This document shows positions 1-12,671 of a stretch of DNA of 64,000 nucleotides, piece by piece; position 1 is the first letter of the stretch; the number at the start of each line of letters is the position of its first letter. Position numbers and translations under genes: made by a program. Origin of the DNA: Mobula hypostoma (Eukaryota); contig NW_026948112.1 in assembly GCF_963921235.1 (NCBI RefSeq), positions 62,001 to 126,000 of the forward strand, written 5' to 3'. The notes beneath the pieces were generated by a model, which made no database searches, was not told the DNA's origin, and saw only the letters and a list, made by a program, of their open reading frames with translations.

Positions 1-2270
1 ACGTTCTACCTTGGTTTGTCCTTCCAACGTGCAATACCTCACACTTGTCTGTATTAAACTCCATCTGCCATTTTCAGCCCATTTTTCCAGCTGGTCCAAA
101 TCCCTCTGCAGGCTCTGAAAACCTTCCTCATTGTCTACTACACCTCCAATCTTTGTATCATCAGCAAATTTGCTGATCCAATTTACCACATTATTATCCA
201 GATCATTGATATAGATGACAAATAACAATGAACCCAGCACTGATCCCTGTGGCACACCACTAGTCACAGGCCTCCACTCAGAGAAGCAATTCTCTACTAC
301 CACTCTTTGGCTTCTACCATTGAGCCAATGTCTAATCCAATTTACCACCTCTCCATGTATACCTAGCGACTGAATTTTCCTAAATAACCTCCCATGCGGG
401 ACCTTGTCAAAGGCCTTACTGAAGTCCATGTTGACAATATTCACTGCCTTCCCTTCAACCACTTTCCTGGTAACCTCCTCGAAAAACTCCAATAGATTGG
501 TCAAACATGACCTACCACGCACAAAGCCATGTTGACTCTCCCTAATAAGTCCCTGTCTATCCAAATGCTTGTCGATTCTGTCTCTTAGTACTCCCTCCAA
601 TAACTGACCTACTACCGACGTTAAACTTACCGACCTATAATATCCCGGATTACTTTTCGATCCTTTTTTAAACAACGGAACAACACGAGCCACTCTCCAA
701 TCCTCCAGCACCTCACCTGTAGACAGCGACATTTTAAATATTTCTGCCAGGGCCCCTGCAATTGCAACACTAGTCTCCTTCAAGGTCCGAGGGAACACCT
801 TGTCAGGTCCCGGGGATTTATCCACTTTAATTTTCCTCAAGACAGCAAGCACCTCCTCCTTTTCAATCTGTACAGTTTCCATGATCTCACTACTTGTTTC
901 CCTTAATTCCATAGACTTCATGCCAGTTTCCTTAGTAAATACAGACGCAAAAAAACCCTATTTAAGATCTCCCCCTTTTGCTTTGGTTCCGCACATAGCA
1001 GACCACTCTGATCTTCAAGAGGACCAATTTTATCCCTTACGATCCTTTTGCTCTTAATATATCCGTAAAACCTCTTTGGATTATCCTTCACTTTGACTGC
1101 CAAGGCAACCTCATGTCTTCTCTTAGTCCTCCTGATTTCTTTCTTCAGTATTTTCTTGCACTTCTTATACTCCTCAAGCACCTTATTTACTCCCTGTTTC
1201 CTATACATGTCATACAACTCGCTCTTCTTCTTTATCGGAGTTGCAATATCCCTTGAGAACGAAAGTTCTGTATTCCTATTCACTTTGCCTTTACTCCTGA
1301 CAGGAACATACAAACTGTGCACTCTCAAAATGTCTCCTTTGAAGGCTTCCCACCTACCGATCACACCTTTACCAGAGAACAACCTGTCCCAATCCACGCT
1401 TTTTAGATTCTTTCTCATTTCTTCAAATTTGGCCTTCTTCCATTTCAGAACCTCAACCCTAGGACCCGGTCTATCCTTGTCCATGATCAAGTTGAAACTA
1501 ATGGTGTTATGATCACTGGAACCAAAGTGCGCCCCCACACTGACTTCCATCACTTGTCCTAACTGGTTTCTTAACAGGAGATCCAATATTGCATCCCCTC
1601 CAGTTGGTCCCTCTATATATTGATTTAGAAAACTTTCCTGAACACAGTTTACAAACTCTAATCCATCTGGACCCCTAACAGTATGGGAGTCCCAATCAAT
1701 ATATGGAAAATTAAAATCCCCTACCACCACAACTTTATGTTTCCTGCAGTTGCCCGCCATCTCTCTGCAGATTTGCTCTTCCAATTCTCGTTGACTATTG
1801 GGTGATCTGTAATACAATCCCACTAATGTGGCCATACATTTCCTGTTTCTCAGCTCCACCCATAAGGACTCAGTAGACAAGCCCTCTAATCTGTCCTGCC
1901 TGAGCACTGCTGTAATATTTTCCTTAACAAGCAATGCTGCTCCCCCACTTTTCATTCCCCTGCCTCGATCACATCTGAAACATCAGAATCCTGGGATATT
2001 AAGCTGCCAGTCCTGCCCCTCCTGTAGCCAAGTTTCACTAATTGCTATAACGTCATAATTCCACGTGTCAATCCACGCCCTCAGCTCATCCGCCTTCCCC
2101 GCAATACTCCTAGCATTGAAGTATATGCACCTCAGAAGATTTTTACCACCACTCACAACCTTTCTATTAGCGGATTTGCTTGAACTTTTAACATCATTTA
2201 TTTTCACCCCAGTCACACTGTCAGCTCTGGCACTCTGGTTCCCATCGCCCTGCAAATCTAGTTTAAAGTC
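1..2270 (-). mobile_element. CR1 LINE ORF2 remnant (APE endonuclease + RT), frameshifted, runs off the window start
   Basis: ORFs 1983-2255 and 918-1955 have YFNARSI, ISETWL, GDFN and SDH endonuclease motifs; bases 1-900 encode RT ([21 protein letters not shown] on the minus strand). Confidence 0.92.
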
Positions 2271-2877
2271 TCCTTAATATCGATTAAGGAAGTTGTTTTT
2301 GCTTGTATATCCTGTAATATTATATCTGGACCGACATCATTTATTGCCCTATCTCTAATAATGGATCGATCACAATATAGATGTGGCTCTCTGAGTCTGA
2401 AACTGGATCAGGACTGTATTTATAGCAACGCCTTGTATCTTTCATGAGTTTGGTGAATGATGCTTCCCACTAGATTGTGTCAGTGTAAGTAATCAGATTG
2501 AATTAAACTGATTGCGGGATCCTGTAATGTGTTGGAGTGTTTCTGTTTGCTCTTGCCATTTTCTGCGTTTATCGACTTAAATGTGTTGCCATTTTATTCT
2601 GTATTTTTTGATATTTCTCGGTTAACCACCAGGACCTTTATTACCACAAGGAACCACTCCTTTTCTGGAAAGTGGTCCCCGACTTTGAGCCAGGGTTTAG
2701 TCGCTTTCTTGTCAACACCTGGTCTGCTCAGACCGTGAGGATTTGTTCCATGGAGGGTCATGTTCATCCATTGGTTAATGTTTTCTTCAATAGTGATAAT
2801 ATCTTCATATTTTTGGACTGAGCTTTCATTTCAGTTTCGTGGTCTGTACTTCTTACCAGAATAACCCATGTTCGCAC

Positions 2878-3008
2878 TGTTACATACCTCGTGGGTATCT
2901 TGTAACTGTCTTATGACCATGATATTATTGAGTCTCTTGTGATCATGATGTAATGGTCTTGTGATGTGGGGTGATGTACTTTTCGCGCCAGTGTGAGGTT
3001 ACGTGACA
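2878..3008 (+). repeat. Short, probably internally deleted 5' LTR of a Gypsy element
   Basis: Starts TGTTAC, ends GTGACA just before a PBS; shares GTAATGGTC...TGTGAGGT(T/C)ACGTGA with the LTR-like sequence at ~50090-50145. Confidence 0.5.
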
Positions 3009-3012
3009 AAAC

Positions 3013-3030
3013 TGGGGGCTTGTCTGGATT
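3013..3030 (+). promoter_or_regulatory. Primer-binding site, tRNA-Pro type
   Basis: TGGGGGCTTGTCTGGATT closely matches the tRNA-Pro PBS TGGGGGCTCGTCCGGGAT, 4 nt after the LTR-terminal CA. Confidence 0.75.
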
Positions 3031-3108
3031 GTTCCGGTTTTGAGCTTGAGTGTTTCTCTAATTATCAATCTGATTTTGAAAAGAAAAATACCCGATTCTT
3101 TTGTTTGA

Positions 3109-5376
3109 TTGGCCTGTGGCTGGTATTCAGCAGCAATGAATATTGACGAGTTTATGGCATCGCCAGACTCGGAGTTATTAGCGATGGCGGAAAAGAATGA
3201 TGTATCCGAGATTGCTAGAAGGTTGGACCTTAAAGGAATTCCGAAGGTTACAGGAAAGCCAGTAATTCAGAGAAAAATCGCGGCACACTATAAAGAGTCG
3301 AGTGTTTTGATGAAAAAGTGTCAGATATGTTTCCAATGAGTAATCTAGAGATGCAATTACATGTTAAACAAATAAAGTTAAAACAATTAGAAGCTGATTT
3401 GGAACGAAGTCGGTTAGAAGCTGCAAATAAACAGAAGGAATTCGAAGGTAAAGAAGCAGATAAACAGAAGGAATTCGCAACTAGAGAAGCAGATAAAAAG
3501 AAAGAATTTGAGCTAGCAATGGAGAAATTAAAGATGGAGAAACAGTCCTCTGGTTCTAGGAAACAGTTTGTTGCTAGTCGGGGAGTTACATTGGCTCCTC
3601 CATTTAATAAAACAGAAGTGGACGAATATTTCCAACATTTTGAAATTGTTCCTCTGATTTCAGAGCGACTGAAAGCGAAATGGCCAGTGATGTTACAAAG
3701 TGTAATTAAAGGTAAGGGACAGCAAGTTTATACAGCTTTTACTACTGAGCAAGCACTTGATTATGATATTGTGAAGCAGCATATACTGAAAGCGCATGAA
3801 CTGGTGCCAGAAGCTTATAGAGAAAGATTCAGAAATTTGAAGAAATCCGTGGAAAAAAAAACTTACGTGGAATTTGCCTATGATAAATTTGTGTGTTTTG
3901 AGCGATGGGTTTCCTCTAAAAATGTGAATGGGGAGGATAATAAAATAAAAGAGTTGATTTTATTGGAGGAATTTAAAAAGAGCTTCCCGGTTGAAGTAAG
4001 GACATACTTAACTGAGAGGGAGTCTGCTAAATTAGCAGATGAGTATGCTTTTATTCACAAGAGTAAATTTCCTCCGGGTAGAACTTTTATAAGGAAAAAT
4101 AGCACAGAGAGTCAAGGTAAACCAGAAATTAAATCAGATGCTAGTGAGAAAGGTAAGGATGAAGGGAAACATGTGAAGGAAAGACATTTTGGTCCTCTTT
4201 GTAATTATTGTAAGGAACCTGGTCACGTATTAGCTAACTGTTTCCAATTGAAGAAGAAGGAGAAGGAGGCAGTCCCAGATGCTTGTGTGCAACATATTGA
4301 AACATCTGTAAATCCACAGGGTTTGATTAAATACAAATGAAGGTTTGTCAGAGTCTGACCAAGTTAAGAGGGCATATGATCATTTTATAACCGAAGGATT
4401 TCTATCCTTGAAAGAGGGACCCACTTCAGTGCCAATAAATATCTTTAGGGATACTGGACCTTCTCAGTCACTTATGTTAGACAGTGTTCTAAAGTTTAGT
4501 GATGAGTCTGATATTGATGAGGTAAACTATATACGAGGTGTTGGGAGTGCCCTAATGTCTGTACGTTTGCATAAAGTAAACTTAAGGTCAGGGTTCGTTA
4601 CAGGACCTATTAAAGTAGGACTACAACCCAGTTTACTAGTGAATGGTGTTTCTCTATTGTTAGGAAATGACTTAGCAGATGGAGAAGTTTTTCCTGAAGT
4701 GCATTTGACAATAAGGTTATGTTGTGGGTCAAGGTAAGTTAGCTCATGTTCAGGCAAAAGTTCGGGCAATTTTAGAGGTACCCATTCCAACTGGTAAAAA
4801 GACACTCAGAAGATTCTTGCGAATGGTAGGATATTACCGTAAATTTTTTAAGAATTTTGCTGACATTGCCCTGCCGTTAATTACTCTCTTGAAGAAAAGT
4901 GAAAAGCTTGTTTGGACAGAGCCTTGTCAGAAGACATTTGATAAATTGAATACTATGCTATGTCACAAACCTGTGCTCAGGACACCTGACTTTGAAAAAT
5001 CATTTTCATTAGCTGTAGATGCTAGTGATGACGCTGCAGGAGCAGTGTTACTTCAAAGGGATGAGGGTGATGAAGTTGATCGTCCGGTAGCTTACTTTTC
5101 TAAGAAATTTAATGCCCATCAAAGAAATTCTTCAACTATAGACAAGGAATTATTATCCCTTGTCTTGGCTTTACAACATATTGAAGTGTATGTTGGTACT
5201 ACTCAGAAACCACTCATAGTTTAAATCGATCATAATCCGTTAGTGTTTTTGAGTAAGATGAAAAACAAAACTAGAAGCTTACTAAATTGGAGTTTGATGT
5301 TACAGAAGTATAAATTTTGATAAATCTTATTAAAGGTAAAGATACTATGATCGCTGATTGTCTATCTAGCTGTTAA
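3109..5376 (+). mobile_element. Gmr1-type Gypsy internal region: gag, protease, then a deletion joining to late RT / RNase H
   Basis: Gag with SCAN-like ELILLEEF and zinc knuckle CNYCKEPGHVLANC; protease RDTG; RNase H AVDAS...ELL...DHNPL...ADCLS followed by a stop, so RNase H is the last domain. Frameshifts and stops present. Confidence 0.88.
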
Positions 5377-5379
5377 ATG

Positions 5380-6360
5380 TACAAGGTAAATTTTTAACAA
5401 GGCCAAAAGTCCTCTAACTCTAAGCCCAAACACAAGTTCAAAAGACTAAAACCTAAGGATTCCTGCACGGACTCCCGTACTGCAAATGGAAATAAATGTA
5501 CGCCCTCATCCCAATCATTTCATTTTCTACAGAATACATCCTAATCATAGTTTTGAGGGTAGAATGGAACCTCTCCAAGGCTCCTTGCGATTTTGGATGG
5601 TGTGCAGATGAGGTAATCTGTTTTGCTTCCAGTTTATAAACTATCTAGTGGAACAATCCAGACATAAAATTACTTCCTCAATCAGGTTGTATTTCCTTAG
5701 GCAACCCAAAGTAAGTAAAGAATTTTATAAGGGCCTTTATTACAGTTTTAGCCGTTATATTCCTAAGTGGTATTGCCTCTGGAAACCTAGATGCTGTGCA
5801 CATGATGGTCAGCAAATATTGATGGCCAGTTTGGTTTTTGGCCATGGGCCTACACAATCAATAATAATTTTTGAAAACGGTTCACCAAATGCGGGAATAG
5901 GCTGCAGTGGGGCCACTGGAGTAACTTGATTAGGTTTACCCACAATTTGACAAGTATGACAAGTTCGGCAAAATGTCGTCACATCTTCTCTTAAACTAGG
6001 CCAGTAAAAATGTTTAAAAATCTTGTTTGCAGTTTTCTTCACAACTTGATGGCCACCCACAAGCATACTATGTGCCAAAGTTAAAATCTCATTCCGATAA
6101 ACTTTAGGAACTACTTCCTGGTGAAAAACCCAGGAATCGTAGGTGATCTCAACTTCCTCATTCATATTCCCTTCTCAAAATAATATCCTACTGGCACCTT
6201 CTCAATTTCACTATCTGGAAGAGCTTGTTCCTTTAACTTCACTATCTCAGGGTCTCCCTCATGTGACGTTACCCATAGGCTCCCCGCATCTGCATCTGCT
6301 GTTACGTGCACAGCGCCTTACGTCACACACGCGCTGCTGTGATCAAGCTTGGTCAGTTTA
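5380..6360 (-). mobile_element. Gypsy integrase fragment, opposite orientation to the adjacent gag-pol
   Basis: HHCC motif (H..GGH...CRTCHTC), DCVGP, RFPEAIPL, FGLPKEIQ.D, HHP.SQGALERFH on the minus strand. Confidence 0.85.
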
Positions 6361-6429
6361 ATGGCTGAGCAACTAAGCACGGGTCCCCAACCCACCCCCA
6401 CTGACAACGGAGCACTACTCCCAGCTGCG

Positions 6430-7056
6430 ACTTGGACAACAAAAGAAGAATAGGGATGGCAAAAGACACCTTTACAAGAATGAAGAGTATACTGACCAAT
6501 ACTAAACTAGGCATGACAACCCGCCTCAGAGTACTGAAATGTTACGTTATATGGCTCAGAACGTTGGACAATATCTAGTAACATGAGGAAATGAATTGTA
6601 GCAGCAGCGATGTGGTTTTTGAGGAGGATGCAAAGAATATCATGGACGAAACGAATATCCAATGAGGATGTCATAAGCAGAGCAAACAAAAAAATAAATA
6701 ATGTATGAGATCATGAAAAGGCAATGTAACTTCACTGTACATGTGATTAGGAAAGAGGAGTTAGAATGCATGGTAATTACGGGAAAGATTGAAGGGAAGA
6801 ACATAGAACATAGAATAGTACAGCACAGTAGAGGCCCTTCGGCCCACAATGTTGTGCCGACCCTCAGACCCTGCCTCCCATATAACTGCCCATCTTAAAT
6901 TTGTGAGAAAGCAAGGCAAAGACAAATGATAATGGAGACAGCAGCCAGAGAATTGGAAATGAATACCAATGAATTGATCCACTTGACCCGAAACAGAAGT
7001 GTGTGGGCCATGGCAGCCAAAATTCAAACTGGGCATGGCACCTGATGATGATGATG
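6430..7056 (+). mobile_element. RTE-clade LINE 3' fragment, with a nested minus-strand CR1 3' end at ~6800-6903
   Basis: RRIGMAK..F, YGSE.WT, MWFLRRM.RISWT, GKIEGK motifs and a (GAT)n tail; insert begins with an ACATAGAACATAGAA tail. Confidence 0.75.
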
Positions 7057-7189
7057 CTCCTCCCATTGCTGCAAGGCAACGTCGATCACTGGTTACACCC
7101 AGTAAGGTTATGCCGCTCACTCCATCTATCTCTCATGCTCCCGCACCAAAATCCCTATTAGAGCGGAACAAATCTCAAAGCAGATGTTC

Positions 7190-7310
7190 CGTTTTTTTTA
7201 ATTATTTCCATTTTCCTCCGATGGAAGTTCGGAGCGTTTGTGAAGCGTCTCTTGCGGCCGGAGTCCGACGTATCGGAGGTAGGAGGAGACCGCTCGGCAC
7301 GTCATTTTGA
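7190..7310. promoter_or_regulatory. Small CpG-rich segment, possible promoter or first exon
   Basis: Local CpG cluster in CpG-poor surroundings; candidate donor GAG|GTAGG near 7278. No coding support. Confidence 0.2.
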
Positions 7311-7614
7311 TTTCTGCTCCCCAGGAAGGGATCCCAGCTGAAGAAGGAGGGAGAGAGGGGCTTTTATTTAAAGTATAAAGATGGTGTGAGAGGCGGTGGA
7401 CAGGATGTTTGTCCGGGTGGCGACAGGAGGAGCTCATCTGTGGATATGTCTGAGCCCACGGTGGTGGCGAGCAGAGATATTCACCACATTGGAGGCCAAA
7501 CACCAGCAGACTGTTGACTTGCAAGCGGGCCGATGGTCTGGGGAAAGTGACATTTGTTTGGGCTTTGTTGAGATTGTACCTGGAATACGGTGTAAAATCC
7601 TGCCCCCTAAAGAA

Positions 7615-7860
7615 CAAGCTTCCAGAGGAACTCAGTGGGTCGGGCAGCATCTGTGGAGGGAAATGGACAGTTAACATTTCAGGCCGAGACCCTCCCTCTG
7701 CTCTGAGAGTGGACGGGAAATAGTCAGAGAAAAGAGGTGAGGGGTGGGGATGGGGCAACAGCTGGGGAGTGAGAGGTGGATCCAGGTGAGGGGGGAGGTG
7801 GGAAGGTGGTAATAGTAAAAGAGGTGGGAGGTGAGTGGTTGGGTCAACACGGGGCTGCAA
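7615..7860 (-). mobile_element. Degenerate Penelope-like 3'-end fragment
   Basis: Resembles 50880-51130 (GGCAGCATCT...TTTCAGGCCGAGACCCT followed by a purine-rich tract); hammerhead core decayed. Confidence 0.6.
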
Positions 7861-7914
7861 AAGATGGAAATTAATTCAACAGAAGATTAACAAAGAGGTT
7901 AGAGGGTATTTGTT

Positions 7915-8325
7915 ATAGAGAGTGTAATGAAGATTCACCAGACTGATCCCTGGAGCGGTGGGGTCATCATATGAAGAAAGATCAAATGGGATAACTCTTT
8001 CATTTAGAGAATTGAGGACTGAGAGGTGAACACATTGTAATGCACATCATTACCGGTTGAACCAGGGATCCTAGTCTCTGAAAAAGGGGGTGGACTGTCC
8101 GGGACTGAGATGAGGGGAAATGTCTCCACTCCAAAGGTGGTGAATGTCTGTAAATCCCACCACAGCCGGCGGTGAAGACTCAGCGATCGTCCTCACATAG
8201 AACAGAGGTCAGCAGATGTGTGGAGACCGAAGGGATCGAGGAAATGAGGATCACGCAAAAGCATGTGGCTGAGATGGGAGCGCAGCCATCATCTTGTTGA
8301 TGGTTTGAGGGGCCGAATGTTTCTC
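7915..8325 (+). mobile_element. Old CR1 3' fragment
   Basis: AGATTCACCAGACTGATCCCTGG...GGTGGTGAATGTCTG...GAGGGGCCGAAT parallels the younger CR1 3' region at 24700-25150. Confidence 0.55.
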
Positions 8326-8969
8326 ACGATGTTTCAGTGTTCCTGTCCGGTGAGGCCAGAGGAATGTGAATAGAAATTAGTGTTTATAAACATAGACTGA
8401 TTTAAATGAAACTTGCACATTTCCAGTTTGGGTCTGAAAGGTGTGTCGGACCGGGATGGGAATCGAGCCGTGACTCTGTAACCTGGAGGTGGAGGGAAAG
8501 GGGCAGGGAAGATATGGAGGGAAAAAATAAAAATGTATCAGGTGTAAATATGGAATAACGTGGGAAATGCTGCGGATGGGTCGGGCAGAGTGTTAGGGGT
8601 GAGGGGCAGAGTCACCGGTTCAGGTGGGAGACCCTTCAGCCATCACCTGATCCTGTTTCCTGCAGATCTGCGGGTCACTGCTCTACATGTACCTGTAGCT
8701 TCATCTTTCGCCCATTCAGACAAGGCAGTGAGATCTGGATCTGTCCTCTTGTTGTGGGTGGACAATATGTTTTTTTCTGCAATATTTTCAGCATGTTCCA
8801 TTGCACTGTTTTTACCTGCTGAAGTGCAGCCAATGTATCTGGGTGTATGACCCATTTATGTGAGAATTTAGGCTTTTGTATTTATCTGAGCTTCTCATAA
8901 ATATGTACCGTTTAGTTGAGCTTCACTCCAGAATTTCCAAAGCAACAACCCAGTCAAATAGTTCCACAC

Positions 8970-10095
8970 AATTAAAATAGTTTATTACGTTTTTATTTTG
9001 TACTACTTATATAATTTAACTATTTAATATGTATATTCTTATTTCAAATCACAATTGTTAAAATCTATTGTTATGAATTAGGTTCTATTGCTGCCGCAGA
9101 GACAATGAATGTCATGACATGGGCCGGTGCTGTTGAACCTGATTCTGATATTGGTATAGGAGACCCACCACCGGTCACCTGATCCCGGTTACCGCAGGTC
9201 GTAATGTGAGATTGAAGCCTTTTCCATTTATTTGCATTCCTCAGAAATGACAAGAGTTAGGTTTCCTTCTGTGGTTCCAGAGCAGAAGCTAAGTCTGTCT
9301 AATATGTCGTCACAATTAAAATGGGGAATTTGTTTATTATTATCATCATCATGTACTGAGCTACAGTGAAAATCTTGCCTGATGTACCATCGACACAGAT
9401 CAATACATTACGACAGTACATTGAGCTGATATAGGACAAAACAATAACTGTAACAAAGCATTATGGCTGCAGAGAAAGTGCAGTGCAGATAGACATATGT
9501 GCAGGGTCACGTGGAGTTACATTGTGAGGTCGAGACCATTTTATTGTATTGGAGACCATTCATTTGGTTTATAACCGCAGACAGGAAGCCATCCTTGAGT
9601 CTGGTGGTACCCGTTTTAAGGCTTTTGTCTCTCTTCCCCGATGGGGGAGCGGGTTTGCAGCAAGACTGTCCAGGTTGTGAAGATCTTTGAGTACATGGCC
9701 TGCTTTTCCGTGGCAGGGGAAGTGTAGGAAGAGTCCATGGTGGTGAGGCTTGTTTCCCTGATGTTCTCTGTTCCCCAAAGTTCTCTGCAGTTCATTGCAG
9801 TCATGGGCAGAGCAGTAGCCATACGAAGGCATGAAGTATCGACAAGAAGCTCAGAGACCTCGGCCTTCACCCTGCCTCGTGTAGCTAGACCCTGGACTTC
9901 CTGTCAGATCGCCGGCAGGTGTTAAGAGTGGGCTCCCTCACCTCTGTCTCTCTGACCTTTAGCACACATACCCCACAGGGTTGTCTCCTTGGCCCCCTCC
10001 TTTACTCTCTGTGTACCCATGACTGTGTCACCACCCACAGCTCAAATCCGCTAATTAAATTTGCTGACGACACTACATTGATTGGCCTAATCTCA
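8970..10095. mobile_element. L2/Rex-Babar-like LINE fragments on both strands
   Basis: Plus-strand RT PQGCLLGPLLYSL.THDC...KFADDTT at 9919-10095; minus-strand 3' coding remnant at ~9330-9850; ACCTGATTCTGAT-type tail near 9140. Confidence 0.6.
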
Positions 10096-11878
10096 AGGCT
10101 CGGTCCAAACAAACTTTTCACCCTTCAAAACACACAAACCTCTCATAAGCAAATTCCATACAAGTCTGGTTCACAGCTTTCCTCAAATTTCTAAACTTTT
10201 GCCTGTATGCTTCTGGGACCAGCTCGTAAGCTTTGAGCACAGCCTGTTTCACTATGTCATAATGGTAGGGCATTGAAGAATGCAGTAGTGCAGAGAGATC
10301 TAGGAATAATGGTGAATAGTTCCCTGAAGGTGGAATCTCATGTGGATAAGTGGTGAAGCAAGCTTTTGGTATGCTGGCCTTTATAAATCAGAGCATTGCG
10401 TATAGGAGTTGGGAGGTAATGTTGAAATTGTACAAAACTTAGAAACATAGAAAATAGGTGCAGGAGTAGGCCATTCAGCCCTTCGAGCCTGCACCGCCAT
10501 TCAGTATGATCATGGCTGATTATCCAACTCAGAACCCTGTACCAGCCTTCCCCCCATACCCCCTGATCCCTTCAACCACAAGGGCCATATCTAACTCCCT
10601 CCAAGGCATTGGTGAGGCCAAATTTGGAGTATTGTGTACAGTTTTGGTCACCGAATTATAGGAAAGATGTAGGAAAACTATAGGAAAATAGAGAGAGTAC
10701 AGAGAAGATTTACCAGAATGTCACCTGGGTTTCATCACCTAAGTTACAGAGAAAGGTTGAAGTTGGGTCTTTATTCTTTGGAACGTAGGAGGTTGAGGGG
10801 GGACTTGATAGAGGCATTTAAAATTATGAGGGGGATAGACAGAGTTGATGTGGATAGGCTTTTTCCATTGAGAGTGGGGGAGATCCAAACAAGAGGATAT
10901 GAGTTGAGAGTTAAAGGGCAAAAGTTTAGGCATAACATGAGGGGGAATTCCTTTACTCAGAGCGTGGTAGCTGTGTGGAACGAGCTTCCGGCAGAAGTGG
11001 TTGAGGCAGGATCGATGTTGTCATTTAAAGTTAAATTGGACAGCTATACGGACAGGAAAGGAATGGAGGGTTATGGGCTGATTGCAGGTCAGTGGGACTA
11101 GGTGAGAGTAAGAGTTCAGCACGGACTAGAAGGGTCGAGATGGCCTGTTTACGTGCTGTAATTGTTATATGGTTATATAATCAGCTGCTTCATCAATTGT
11201 CAAGCAGAATAGGCTTGCTGAGCCTTCCCCTTAATTACACTTTGAAAGAGAATAGGCCAACCCTCTTTTGGCTACTTTAAACTCTGAGCAACCTTCTCAA
11301 AATGCTGAAAGTATTTATCAACCTCTGCCTCGTCAAATGGAGGTACCAATTTAACTTCCCGACTGGCCTCAAACTTATCAGCAGAGTCTAACATTAAACC
11401 TCTTTGCTGCAATCTCTCTCTCTTTTCCTGCTCGAACAGCCTATGTCTTTCTGCTTCCTCCCTCTGTTTTTCTGCCTCTTTTCTCTGCTTTTCTACCTCT
11501 GCCTTTCCGCAGCCTCCATGTTTAATTTTTCTAACTTGTACGGGAGCTCAAGCTCACTAGGTTTACTTTCAGGAAACACCTCCAACTCCTCCACTTTAAA
11601 CACATCCTCAGATACACATTGCTCAGCTATTATCCTCTGCATCTGTGCCCTCTTCATTGTCGATTTCACCTTAGCTAGTTTTAGCAATACTCAATAACTC
11701 AATCCTTCTGGTGTCCTCCAATGCCTCAGAGGTTGGCGCTTCCAGAGATCTATCAACATCCATTGCTGCTGATTTTCCACACACAAATAAATAAAAAGGG
11801 ATTTCCCCAATGAAATTGATAATTAATCAATCGATACGCTCCCAAATTTGTTCATATCCCAAAAGCAGATCCCAATTT
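10096..11878 (-). mobile_element. Second Gmr1-type Gypsy element: degenerate PBS and gag, split by a CR1 insertion
   Basis: Gag from ATG at 11763 (homologous to 3109-4340) continues LTIDEAADY / YDIVKQAVLKAYELVPEAYRQKFRNL across the CR1; degenerate PBS TGGGATCTGCTTTTGGGAT at ~11856-11874. Confidence 0.8.
10263..11177 (+). mobile_element. 5'-truncated CR1 with a nested antisense CR1 3' end (~10440-10600)
   Basis: LGLYSLERRRLRGDLIE..K motif; GGTTATAT tail; ATAAT on both flanks (possible target-site duplication). Confidence 0.85.
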
Positions 11879-12671
11879 TGTTACGAATCGTAACACTTTA
11901 GAAACGAACCAGCAGCAATAGACTACATCTGGAGTTTGGTTTTGAAGTTAAACCCACTACCTTTATTAGTATCTACTTATAATATAGTAACTTAAGCAAG
12001 ATAAACAAAAGTTAGCAGTGTTATGTGTATATATGTGTGTAAATATAACTCCCAGTCTATTGAGCTCGGGGGAATCAAGGCTTAGAATCTTGAGACGCTA
12101 AAGTATGTTAGTTCAGTTCAACCACAGAATAGGTGATGAGAGAGAGATATTTGTAATCCAGGGTAAATGTCTGGAGAAGGCAATTATGTTGAATTCCACA
12201 GGTTCCACGGTGGGACAAAGAGAGAACAATCACTGTAGATTTTATCCATCATTGTTCCAAATCCACATACGAATTATCACCGAAAGTGACTTGTCACAAG
12301 GAGTATCGTCTTCAAGTGAATTATCACACCACACCCAGGCAAGGGTTAACACAGGATACGCCAAATCCGATCCACTCCTATGGCTCACACAAGGTGACAA
12401 CCACACATTCGATGTATGCTGAATCGATAATTAACCCACCCTTGCGGGCATAGGAAAGTTCTAAACAGTGACCCCTGGCCTCTAGTTCCCTTGTTTCAAT
12501 CCTTCCATTTTTCCTCCTTCGTCTCCGTCTGACTCTGAGTGTCTGTGTCCTCGGTTAAAACTAAACAAGCTGCAAGCAATGTAAACAAGCTGCAAGTCAG
12601 ACTGATTCACCTTCTTAATCTCTGTCTTAAAATGAATGTCCACAGCAAATGAAACCAAGGGATTCATAACA
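11879..12671 (-). repeat. 5' LTR (~790 bp) of the minus-strand Gypsy element
   Basis: On the minus strand begins TGTTATGAATC and ends GATTCGTAACA (terminal inverted repeat), followed by PBS and gag; AATAAA at 11962-11967 (minus). Confidence 0.8.
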
